Shown here piece after piece: positions 10,331-19,700 of a stretch of 64,000 nucleotides of DNA (positions are counted from its first letter, which is position 1; every line of letters starts with the position of its first letter). The notes beneath the pieces were generated by a model. The model was given only the letters and a program-made list of their open reading frames with translations, was not told where the DNA came from and ran no database searches. Source of the stretch: a virus; the IMG/VR virus record IMGVR_UViG_3300022744_000022, positions 17,933-81,932 of that record, one strand, 5' to 3'. A program made the position numbers and the translations under genes.

Positions 10331-13300
10331 ATGGCGCAAGCTCCCCAAATAGCTCTTCGTGACGGTAGCGGGTTCACTACGAACCTCGTGTTCACTACGA
10401 ACGAGGAAGCGATCTACATCACGGGCACCGTGGACGTGAACACGGTTTCGGTGCAGCTCTCGGTGAATGGTGGGGCATTCGTCTCGGACCCTAACCTCGT
10501 CAGCTTCGTCCTACAAACGTTCACGATCCCCAACCTATCGGTCTACCCCACGGGGCTGCCTCTAGAGTTCGGGGTCAATACGATCCTCATTCGTACGATC
10601 GATATCGTCGGCGGTGTGTCTGCTACCTCGTCTGTGCTCGTGACTCGTGTGAGTGACGTGGATATGACGGGGACACAGATCCCAACGGGTATCCGTGTCC
10701 GGCGTTACCGCAACTTCATAGAGATCCTGGCAGCTAAGCCGCAGCCCATCACGAACGTTGTGCAAACCGACTCGGGAGAGTCGGTTTTGGTTACGATCGA
10801 CACCTCGACCTTCATGGGCTTCAACGTCTATGCTTCGGTAGAGCCCGCAGGCGTCTCCGGGTACTATAGGGTTAATGAAAAGCCCATCACCAGTCCGGCT
10901 GAGTTTGAAGAAGACGACATCACATCGTATGACGATCTAGCGGTTTGGGATGTCAGCTCGGCCAAGACACTTCGTGTTCGTGTCACTGAGGAAGACGAAT
11001 TCGGTAACGAGGTAGCGGTTCGCTTGGACTCGTTCCACTCGAATTCAACGTTGGGTGGCAAGATCCGCCTCAACAGCACCCTCCAGAACTACGAGTTCAA
11101 CGAGTTCCTGGTCTTCCCGCACACACGTTCGGGGGGCTCTGGGATCATCAACTCAGACCAGTTCATCAACGTTCCGGATTCGGATCCTCTCTACTACGTC
11201 GTGACGGGCGTGTACTACGACCCGATCACAAACGTTGAGATCGAGACGCCCTATTCGCAAGAGGTCTTGGGATCTCCGCTCATCCTTGACACTACGATCC
11301 GAGATCTACCGGGTCGGACGCAAACGCAAATCGTCACCAGCTACATGCAGGCGGTTGGGCGTGTCAACACCGAGATCTCGCTGCTACCGGGCTCGGTGAC
11401 TCGTGACGTGGACATCGATCCGTTCGCCTCTGAGGCAGAGCGTATCTGGTTTTTGCTCGATTTCGTGCATCGCAGCCAGAGCTTTCTCACGTTGCTCGCA
11501 ATCGACAACGTGAGCGGGAATGGCACTTCTGATCCTGTGGCGGGTAGCGCCTACAAACAGGCTTTGAAGGCGGCCCTTGGGTACACGAACGACTCATCGG
11601 TTCAAGCTCTCATTGACCAGCAGTTCGACAAGCTGGCGGCTAACGTCAACAAGACTCGTCTGGCTGGGCGTCAGTCTGTGGGTAACCTCACCCTTTACAC
11701 GACGACCAAGCCCACGAAGGACTTGCAGGTCCCGGCAGGATCTTTCGCGGCCTCTACGGCAGATTCTTCGACCGGCACCACGGCCCAACGGTTCCGTATC
11801 GGGGGTTCGTATGTGCTTCCCGCAACCAACGCAGAGGCGTACTACAACTTCAACGAGAAGCGTTACGAGCTGAGGGTTGCTCTCGTTGCTGAATTGGCAG
11901 GGGCTGCGGGCAACGTCCCAGCCGGATCCATCAAGACGCTGATCGGCATCAGCGGGTTTCAGGCTATCAACGAGGCCGCTACCGTCTTCGGCGATGACGT
12001 GGAGTCCAACGCGGACTTGGCCTCCAGGGCAATGCTGGGGTTTGCCTCAGTCGATACAGGCACCGAGACAGGGTACGCCTCCACCGCCGCTGCTAAGATC
12101 GGGGTCATCAAGACCGAGATCGTCAAGAGTGGTGACGCTCTCATGATGCGGGACTACGATGATGTCCGTAAGAAGCACATCGGCGGCAAGGTTGACGTTT
12201 GGATTCAAGGTGTGCAGGAACGTCAGGCCCAGGATAAGTTTGCCTTCTCGTTCGAGATCGCTCGCGACACCCGCTGCCAGATCATCGACCCAATCACCAA
12301 CCTGATCTTCCGAGTCCTTGACTCTCGCGTTACCCCGACGACCCCGATCATCGAGATCTTGAACAACCCTTCCCAGGGGTTGGGCGTTCGCAACGCTACC
12401 CTTGGCCTTGATTATGATCTGACGGGCGTCTCGATTCTGGACTACCAGACGTTTCAGCTCAACAACAGTATTGCTCAGCCCCCGACGGCAATTGATGACA
12501 CCATTCTGGCCGACTACCGTTTCCGTGTCGTGAACCAGTTCTTCATGACGCTGCAACCTGTGCGTCGCGTCGTCTCTGTGGTGGGCGAGGTGTCGGGTGC
12601 CCTTGACCCTTCCACGCATTACGAGTTGTTCAAGACCGACGATCCCTTGCTCGATGGTGAGAGCACGATTGCCCGGGACTACGTGGCCATCACGCCCTCG
12701 GGGGGCACCCCCAGTGGCGATACGATCACGGTCAACAACGAACTGCACGTCATGATCGGGTTCGAGCAAGAGCCCTTGGATTCAATCGGCATCAACACCG
12801 CTACGATTCGGGTGTTCAACGAACAGCGCACCATTGAGTTCGAGCCTCCGGGATCTTTGGCCCCCGATTACGACATCATTCAGGGCACGCCGACAACCCC
12901 CGTGCGTATCGTCCTGACGACCGCTTCTCAAATCGCCAGTGGTCAGGAAGTCTCGGTGGACTACGTTCACGATGAGAACTTCACGGTCACCTATGTGATC
13001 AATGAACTCTTGCAGCAGTTGCAGGCCATCTTGGACAACAAGCGGCACGTGACTGCCGACGTGCTGGCCAAGCAAGCGATCCAGAACGACATCGACATCG
13101 AGACCACGGTGCAGCTCAAGAAGGGCTCTACCAAGGCCAAGACTGATCCGGTGATCCGCAACAACGTTTCGCTGGACCTCAACAAGAAGGTGATCGGCGA
13201 AGGTGTGGCGCAGTCCAACGTGGACGCTGCGATCAACGATTCGACGGGTGTTCAGTTCAACGTCTTGCCGATGGCCAAGATGGCGTACGCGGATGGTTCG

Positions 13301-13810
13301 CAGAAGTTGCGTGAGTCCGTGCTCTCGACGTACCAACACCTAAGCTCTCTCGATGTCGGCGGCAACATCGTGTACATCCTGACCAACGCTCTGGAGTACC
13401 CGACCACCGATGGTGGCGGTCTCGCTACGGAGCACAAGGGCGTCTTCCAGGACGATGAGTCCATGGCTCTTGCCGCCGACCTCACCTTGGTTGGCTTTGT
13501 CACCAACCAGGCGTTCATCATCGGATCCGGCGGTGCGATCATTGCAGGGTACTCGGACGACGCTACCTTGGCGGGTGAGGGATTCCTTCCCAACGAGTAT
13601 GCGCAGGAGCGCCTCCGCAGAACAGCCAACCACATCGTGGTGTCGTTGCTAGGTACCGGACTGCCTCCAGACAACCCGGAGAACCACTCGTACGCGGTCA
13701 GTTATATCGTGCGTGGGGACTCGGGCTCTCACGACATTACAGTGGCGCAGATGGAAGTGATTGACCTCGGGGTCTTCACGGTCACGTACCGCGAGTTCAC
13801 GGAGGGCTGA
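10331..13810 (+). CDS. Baseplate J/gp47/gp6-like wedge protein (enlarged)
   Basis: AELAGAAGNVPAGSI and GDDVESNADLASR...GTETGY are baseplate-J signatures; PGSVTRD near the start of the domain. Confidence 0.8.
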   Translation: MAQAPQIALRDGSGFTTNLVFTTNEEAIYITGTVDVNTVSVQLSVNGGAFVSDPNLVSFVLQTFTIPNLSVYPTGLPLEFGVNTILIRTIDIVGGVSATSSVLVTRVSDVDMTGTQIPTGIRVRRYRNFIEILAAKPQPITNVVQTDSGESVLVTIDTSTFMGFNVYASVEPAGVSGYYRVNEKPITSPAEFEEDDITSYDDLAVWDVSSAKTLRVRVTEEDEFGNEVAVRLDSFHSNSTLGGKIRLNSTLQNYEFNEFLVFPHTRSGGSGIINSDQFINVPDSDPLYYVVTGVYYDPITNVEIETPYSQEVLGSPLILDTTIRDLPGRTQTQIVTSYMQAVGRVNTEISLLPGSVTRDVDIDPFASEAERIWFLLDFVHRSQSFLTLLAIDNVSGNGTSDPVAGSAYKQALKAALGYTNDSSVQALIDQQFDKLAANVNKTRLAGRQSVGNLTLYTTTKPTKDLQVPAGSFAASTADSSTGTTAQRFRIGGSYVLPATNAEAYYNFNEKRYELRVALVAELAGAAGNVPAGSIKTLIGISGFQAINEAATVFGDDVESNADLASRAMLGFASVDTGTETGYASTAAAKIGVIKTEIVKSGDALMMRDYDDVRKKHIGGKVDVWIQGVQERQAQDKFAFSFEIARDTRCQIIDPITNLIFRVLDSRVTPTTPIIEILNNPSQGLGVRNATLGLDYDLTGVSILDYQTFQLNNSIAQPPTAIDDTILADYRFRVVNQFFMTLQPVRRVVSVVGEVSGALDPSTHYELFKTDDPLLDGESTIARDYVAITPSGGTPSGDTITVNNELHVMIGFEQEPLDSIGINTATIRVFNEQRTIEFEPPGSLAPDYDIIQGTPTTPVRIVLTTASQIASGQEVSVDYVHDENFTVTYVINELLQQLQAILDNKRHVTADVLAKQAIQNDIDIETTVQLKKGSTKAKTDPVIRNNVSLDLNKKVIGEGVAQSNVDAAINDSTGVQFNVLPMAKMAYADGSQKLRESVLSTYQHLSSLDVGGNIVYILTNALEYPTTDGGGLATEHKGVFQDDESMALAADLTLVGFVTNQAFIIGSGGAIIAGYSDDATLAGEGFLPNEYAQERLRRTANHIVVSLLGTGLPPDNPENHSYAVSYIVRGDSGSHDITVAQMEVIDLGVFTVTYREFTEG

Positions 13811-14625
13811 TGGCACGTTTTGTCTTCGGCTCTAATCGTCTCAACTCCACCATCGAGCAGCGGGGTAAAGAGTATAATTTAAGGTTGATGCAGAGGGCGC
13901 AGACCATCTTCTCAACCCTCTTGAACTTGATGCCGTCGAACTACGTGTCGGCGATCCAGGGTCCCAACTATACGCAAGCCCTCAAGGCAGTGGCGGTGGA
14001 GTTGGCTCGCCTGGAACTTGCGCTTGAGGACGTGGACCGGGACCGTGCGTTCGCCACCACACGGTCGGATTTTTTGTGGTCTATCGTAGGTTACCTGGTG
14101 CTGGTGAACAGCAAGATCCCCGACCTAGGTTTCTCGGACGAGGAGTTCCGCAGCTTCTTCCTCAACCTGGTCCGCATCTACTTCCAAGGGTCTGTGCCCG
14201 AGTCAATGTCGGACGTGGTGAAGCTGTTCATCTCGGGAGACGTGCAGGTCACCGAGCAGTTCTTGCTCGTCCGTAAGGGCGCGAGCGGCCTCGACATCTC
14301 AGACGAGTTCGGCTTCACCATCGATTACCTGGTACCGCCCGGGGGCGGCTTTCCGCCCAACTTGTTCGAGTCAGACTCCGCGATCAGGCAATTGCTTGAT
14401 CTGGTGCGTCCGGCCCACACGCTCTATCGCATCAGGTACATCTTTAACGATCGCTACATACCTAATGACACAATCGGGAAAATTTTAGACGCCATGCGCT
14501 GGAGACTGGGGATCTACCACTACGATGATTTGAGATCTTACTGGACGGGTATTCGGGATCGCGATCGTTTGGGTAAGAAGGTCAATCAGCAAGAGGTTGG
14601 GGAAGTTCACAGCGACGATTTCTGA
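13810..14625 (+). CDS. Baseplate wedge protein, Mu gp48/P2 gpI-like
   Basis: Follows baseplate J; IRQLLDLVRPAHT resembles the family KPAH motif. Confidence 0.7.
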   Translation: MARFVFGSNRLNSTIEQRGKEYNLRLMQRAQTIFSTLLNLMPSNYVSAIQGPNYTQALKAVAVELARLELALEDVDRDRAFATTRSDFLWSIVGYLVLVNSKIPDLGFSDEEFRSFFLNLVRIYFQGSVPESMSDVVKLFISGDVQVTEQFLLVRKGASGLDISDEFGFTIDYLVPPGGGFPPNLFESDSAIRQLLDLVRPAHTLYRIRYIFNDRYIPNDTIGKILDAMRWRLGIYHYDDLRSYWTGIRDRDRLGKKVNQQEVGEVHSDDF

Positions 14626-15269
14626 CTGTGCGGGCATGTCCCATAGAAGCCTTTAGCCAAGTTGCAGTTGTGACACAGCACTTGGAACCCTGCCGGGTAA
14701 TTATTGCGTCTAACCCAGTAGTAAACGTTAGAGGCCTTGATTTCTTGGAGGTGCCGCTTGCCGCCTCCGTTGATATGATCAATAGCTAAGAACTTGACCT
14801 CTCGTTCCCCGCAACAGCGGCATTGAGGGTCGCCGTCGCTGTACGCTTCTAGTGCTTGCTGTCGGAGTGCTCGATGGCGTTCTATAGAGCGTAGTTTCGC
14901 CTTCTCTGCATTATTGGCGTACCATTCTTTCGATTTTTGACTCTGGTACTCCTTTGTTCCGAAGTAGTGCCCCTTCTTGTACTCCGTTACACAGTGCTTG
15001 CACCACGCACATAGCCCGTCAGCGCTGCTTCTATCTTTGCTGAATGCTGCGGCAGCCTTCTGCTCATTGCACTTTTGGCAGTTCTTCCTAAAGTCGTCTG
15101 GCGGTGGGGTGTAGGCTTCAATTCTCTCGTCCCGCAAACGAGCCACCACTTTGGCGTGACAAGTCTTGCAACGTCCGAGGTAGCCATCCTTGGAGCGACT
15201 GTTCCTGTAGAACTGCGTAAGGTCTTTTCGCTCATTGCATGCGCTGCACACCTTGTTCTGAATCGGCAT
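14607..15269 (-). CDS. HNH homing endonuclease with N-terminal Zn-ribbon repeats
   Basis: CRCCG...LAIDHINGGG...FQVLCHNCNLAKG; two CxxC...DG...CKxC N-terminal units; antisense insertion in the structural operon. Confidence 0.85.
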   Translation of the reverse strand: MPIQNKVCSACNERKDLTQFYRNSRSKDGYLGRCKTCHAKVVARLRDERIEAYTPPPDDFRKNCQKCNEQKAAAAFSKDRSSADGLCAWCKHCVTEYKKGHYFGTKEYQSQKSKEWYANNAEKAKLRSIERHRALRQQALEAYSDGDPQCRCCGEREVKFLAIDHINGGGKRHLQEIKASNVYYWVRRNNYPAGFQVLCHNCNLAKGFYGTCPHSQKSSL

Positions 15270-15284
15270 ATAGCCATAATAGCA
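15270..15284 (-). promoter_or_regulatory. Extended -10 promoter (TGcTATTAT) 6 nt before HNH ATG, leaderless
   Basis: Minus strand reads TGCTATTATGGCTAT-ATG; AT-rich, no SD. Confidence 0.5.
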
Positions 15285-15322
15285 TATAAGTAGAAGAAAG
15301 CTTCGTTAACTCGACATGTGCG

Positions 15323-16789
15323 GTGACTTCTGAGCACTACACATACCGGCGGGCCGCAGCGTCATCCTGGGATGCAGCGAAGCAGGCGCTCGACCAATTC
15401 AACGAGCTGTATCAGGAAGCACAGAAGCGCTTCAAGTCTGGTATAGGCCCTGACGACCCGGATGCGGACGACGCCCTTCTGAAACGGTTTGCGTTCGTGC
15501 CAAGTCCGGCGGCCCCCAGCTTCCCTGGTTCCCCCTTCTATGAGTGGCTGTGGTCGGCGTTCTCTGCGGGAGACGTGCCAGATCCAGAGCAGGTTCGTCC
15601 TAAGGGGCGCATGATCGTGCAGATCATCGACGGGCAACGGGACATTCAGGACTTTCTCACTGCTCTAGACGAATACCGAGATGCCTTGCAGACAGTGGTT
15701 GAGGCGGTTGCACCGGAGCACTTCAGCTACCAGGGGTTCAAGATCTCGAACCCCGACCGCCTCGGGGACAAGCAGTGTCGCCGAGTTCTTGAAGGGGTGG
15801 ACTACCTTGTTGCGCTGTTCAAGAAGCGTGGGGTCCAACCCCTGCTGCACGTCGGGGTGACAGAGGTGGCTATCGTCACGCAGGCGACCCTAGAAAGGTC
15901 TGGAGGTTCTGCTAACTCGGGCCTTGGTCTGTACTTCCCGAACACCCAGAGCATCATGCTGTCCGTGAGGGCCGTAGGGCTAGGAGTTGGCCGCTTCATG
16001 AAGTGGGTCAACGAGATCTTCTTGCATGAGTTCGGTCACTATGTACATCTGCATTACCTTCCGCGTGCAGCACGGGAAGCTTGGGATGCTTCGTGGGGCG
16101 GTGTGAAGGAACGGCAGGAGGCCTTGGAACAAGCTTTCAAGGCTATCTCCGCGACGGATCGGGCTAAGTTTTTTGACGCCCTGCACTTCGCCAAGTTCGA
16201 TCCATCGCGGGCTGCCAAACGTTTGGATCCTGTGTCTAGGGTGAAATTTGGGGTTTGGCTCCGAAACCCGCTTGTTGGGGATCCGCTAATTACGGACAAG
16301 CAGTTCCGCTTGACCAAGGCGGGTCAGTACCTGGCCCTGTTCTACTCGGATCGTGAGCGGTTCATGCGTGAGAACTACGATTGGATGCCCGTCGGATCCG
16401 ATGAGTACAACCGGCAGGTTGAGGTATCCAGCAAGCGTTTTCAAGACAAGCTGGGCCTTCTGTGGGACGGCAAGCAGCCCATCCCGGCCGCAGCCGTTGA
16501 GGAGCTGACCAAGGCGGACCCTTCGATGCAGAAGGCGGTGGAGGAAGCACTGGATCAGCTCGAAATTGTCTCCGACTACGGCCGTAAGGACGAGAAGGAA
16601 GACTTTGCTGAGAGCTTCGTGGCGTTCGTTGGCGCACCTGAGAAGCTCACGTCTACGGCGAAGTACCGGATGCAGCGGACGCTATGGCTGTCCGATTTCT
16701 ACAGCAAACCCGTGATGCGGCTTGCCGGTGAGAAAGATTCTCTAACCCAGCATGTTGTGAGCCGCTACCTCCATGCTCGTCAACAGTAA
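15323..16789 (+). CDS. Zincin-like metallopeptidase (HExxH, anthrax-LF/phage MPTase-like)
   Basis: IFLHEFGHYVH plus distal VSDYGRKDEKEDFAESF third-ligand motif. Confidence 0.75.
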   Translation: MTSEHYTYRRAAASSWDAAKQALDQFNELYQEAQKRFKSGIGPDDPDADDALLKRFAFVPSPAAPSFPGSPFYEWLWSAFSAGDVPDPEQVRPKGRMIVQIIDGQRDIQDFLTALDEYRDALQTVVEAVAPEHFSYQGFKISNPDRLGDKQCRRVLEGVDYLVALFKKRGVQPLLHVGVTEVAIVTQATLERSGGSANSGLGLYFPNTQSIMLSVRAVGLGVGRFMKWVNEIFLHEFGHYVHLHYLPRAAREAWDASWGGVKERQEALEQAFKAISATDRAKFFDALHFAKFDPSRAAKRLDPVSRVKFGVWLRNPLVGDPLITDKQFRLTKAGQYLALFYSDRERFMRENYDWMPVGSDEYNRQVEVSSKRFQDKLGLLWDGKQPIPAAAVEELTKADPSMQKAVEEALDQLEIVSDYGRKDEKEDFAESFVAFVGAPEKLTSTAKYRMQRTLWLSDFYSKPVMRLAGEKDSLTQHVVSRYLHARQQ

Positions 16790-19700
16790 CGGAACCACGC
16801 TCGAAGTCCTGTTCGGGAGCCCCCTGGGTTTCCAGGGCAGCACCGTTCCGTCCAACTACCGGGTGTTTGCGGGGCCTGGGGCTGTCCCTGTGGGGGTTCA
16901 GGCAGTCACGCCGCTCTACACGGAGTACCAGTCCGGAGTTGGCTTCGTAGGGCATGCGGATGATGGGGCCCTACGGGGTTCGGCAACCTTTCGGGCTGAG
17001 GCGGACTACTTGACGCCTGGTCCCCAAGCAAGGGTTGCCATGCGGGGTTCAGCAACCCTTGTGGCGTCTCCTGCCTACGTGCAGACGGTCCTGACCCGAA
17101 GGTTCACACCAACGGGTGTTTACGCCCCCATCGGTGTGGGCGACTACATTTCCCTCCAGAGTGCCGCCAACAGCGTTTCATTCGCCCGGGTGCTGGATGT
17201 TCACCCTGACGGCACCTTGATCTTAGATCGGGATCTCTTTGCCGTGGATCCCGACAACGGGGCCATCGCTTGGACCCACACCTCAGCGCTTGAGGGCGTC
17301 TCGCTAGAGATCAACAAGCCCACCAACGACGGCGAGTACACCCTTGAAGTTCACGGGCTCCAGGACACCTCTGGGGCACCCTACCGGGACACCCAGGACT
17401 TCACGGCAGTGTCGGCCAAGCCTCAAGTGGTCGGGGCTGTACAGCTCCCGGAGGGGCAGATCGTCATCACGTTCTCGGACACGATGCGGGTGGACTTCGC
17501 CCTGCTGAGTCCGAACGAGTATGAAGTCACGGGCCCGTCGCTGGTTCTCGTGAAGACGGTTCAGACTGTCGCACCCCACCAAGTCATGCTCACCACCGTG
17601 GGGATGGCCACGGGGGCCTACCAAGTCACTGTGAACGCGGCGGGGACGCCTCACGACATCGCGGGCAACCCAATGGACCCGGTGTTCAACCAGGCCGTTT
17701 TCACGGGCTCCCCAGCGCTCGCTTCACGCTCAGTCTACGTGAACAAAGGGCCCATTACGAAGCCCACGTTGGTGCTCCAGACGGGTGCCACCGCCACGAT
17801 CAATAGCCCTACGCAGTTGACACTGCCCACTGCCAACATCACGGCGGCTCATGTGGGGCTCTACATCGCGTTGACCGGATCTACCATCAACGCTGGCACC
17901 TTCAAGATCACCCAACGGGTCTCGGCCACGGTGGTCAAGGTGGCGGCCAGTTTCTCGCTTCCTGATCCCGTGAACGGCACCATCGGTTGGCAGCTCCAAG
18001 ACCCTCGGAATGGCGAGATCGCCGATAACCCTACGGATGTGGTGGTCCGGGTCAACAGCTTGCCTGTGGTCCCAGAGGCCGTCATCGGGCTTCTCGGGCA
18101 AATCGTGCTTCCTACGGTCCCGTCTCCCACCGACACCGTGGACGTGGACTACTGCTGGGTCTGCAACCCCGTGGTGGATTTCCGGCGGCTCAATTCGCAA
18201 GAGTTCCGGCTCAACAATTGGAACCGTGACAACGGCCGACCTGCTGATTCGTCCAGACACAAGTACCGCTACAACAACACGTTGATCCAGCCTGACACCT
18301 TCTTGAGCCTCAGCCCAGAAGAGCTGACGGGCACCGCTACGTTCCCTACGAGCACAACACTCAATGACGTGGGTGGGCAGTTTCTAACGACCATCCAAAC
18401 AGCGTCGTTTGTGACGATCACCAGTGGTCCCAACAGTGGGGTACGTAGGCAAATTGTCACCGTGTTCAGCAACACGTTGTTGATTCTGGACGCCCCGCTC
18501 TTGAGTTTGATTGGGGGGACCTACCGGATTGATCCTGTGGATCTTCGAGCTGAGGTTGCCCAGCCGCAGCAACGAGACCTCAAGTACCGAGCCTACGAGC
18601 GAGCCTACTCGGTCGCCCTCAACGACCCGAACCTTTTGCTTCTGAATTCACCGAACCACAAGATCGCCTTCCCGCCGATGGCTCGGCAGCTCCAGAGCAC
18701 GTTCGTCAACTACCAAGCTACCGTGCTCCCAGAAGCGGATCCCGTGGCTCCGTGGGAACGACACGGCTCCGGTACAGCCGTCATCGCGGGCACTGACCTC
18801 GTGGTGATCGATGCTTCGTCGGGGCCCTCCCCCACGGGCAACCCCATCTTCTGGTCCAGGCCCATTGACCTCACGTTCGACCATGTGTTCGCCATCGCGT
18901 GGCGGATGATGATCGATGCGGTGCCTTTGGCACAGGGCGTCTGGACGGGCATCGCAGCGGGTTACTCCGACGACGAGAAGGCTGTGGTGATCGGCTTCTT
19001 GGAGGACGCCGGGGTCAAGAAGATCGGTGTCCTGAAAGCGGGCGCTGGGAACGACCCCTCGGACATCACGGCATGGACAGGGGGCCTTGACGGCTCGGGT
19101 AACCCCACGGGCGTCCCAATGGACCTCGACTGGTCCATCCTGCACAGCTACCGGGTGTTCAGGTCCAGAACGGGGATCATTACCTTCTACGTGGATGGAT
19201 CGATCACGCCCTCGCTCCAGGTGGTCCCGGACGACCTTCCGTACCTTGAGGAGTTGAACGCTCCGTTCAATGAGCTGCAAGGGGCTTTCTTTGGTTCCTT
19301 GTCTCGTGAGGCCGAGAACACCTCGACGTGGAGCTTCGTTCGCTACACAGCGATCCCGATCAATCCGAAGCAGACTGCTCCTTCGATCTACGTCTCGTAT
19401 GAAGGTACGACGCCTCCGGAGTCAGCCTCTCAGCCTTGGACCCCTGTGGGCTTCCACGGTACCGAAACCATCATCGCGTCTGACTTCTTGCTCCTGGACT
19501 CAACGAGTGCCACGGACTTGCCCTCATCAAGTGCTGCTGGCTTGATCAGCGGCGATTTCAAAGGCTTTGCTCGGATCGAGCCTTTGTTGGCCGAGTCTTA
19601 CGACACGGTTCTGGATGTGAATGTCGCGTTGCGGACGTTCACTCACGGCATCACGCCCAACGCCGTGATGGCTGCGGTGGATGACGGATCGCGGCTCATC

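Noticed and set aside
14607..15322. Group I intron housing the HNH gene
   Set aside because: HNH is antisense, flanking ORFs appear complete, and there is no non-coding space for a ribozyme core
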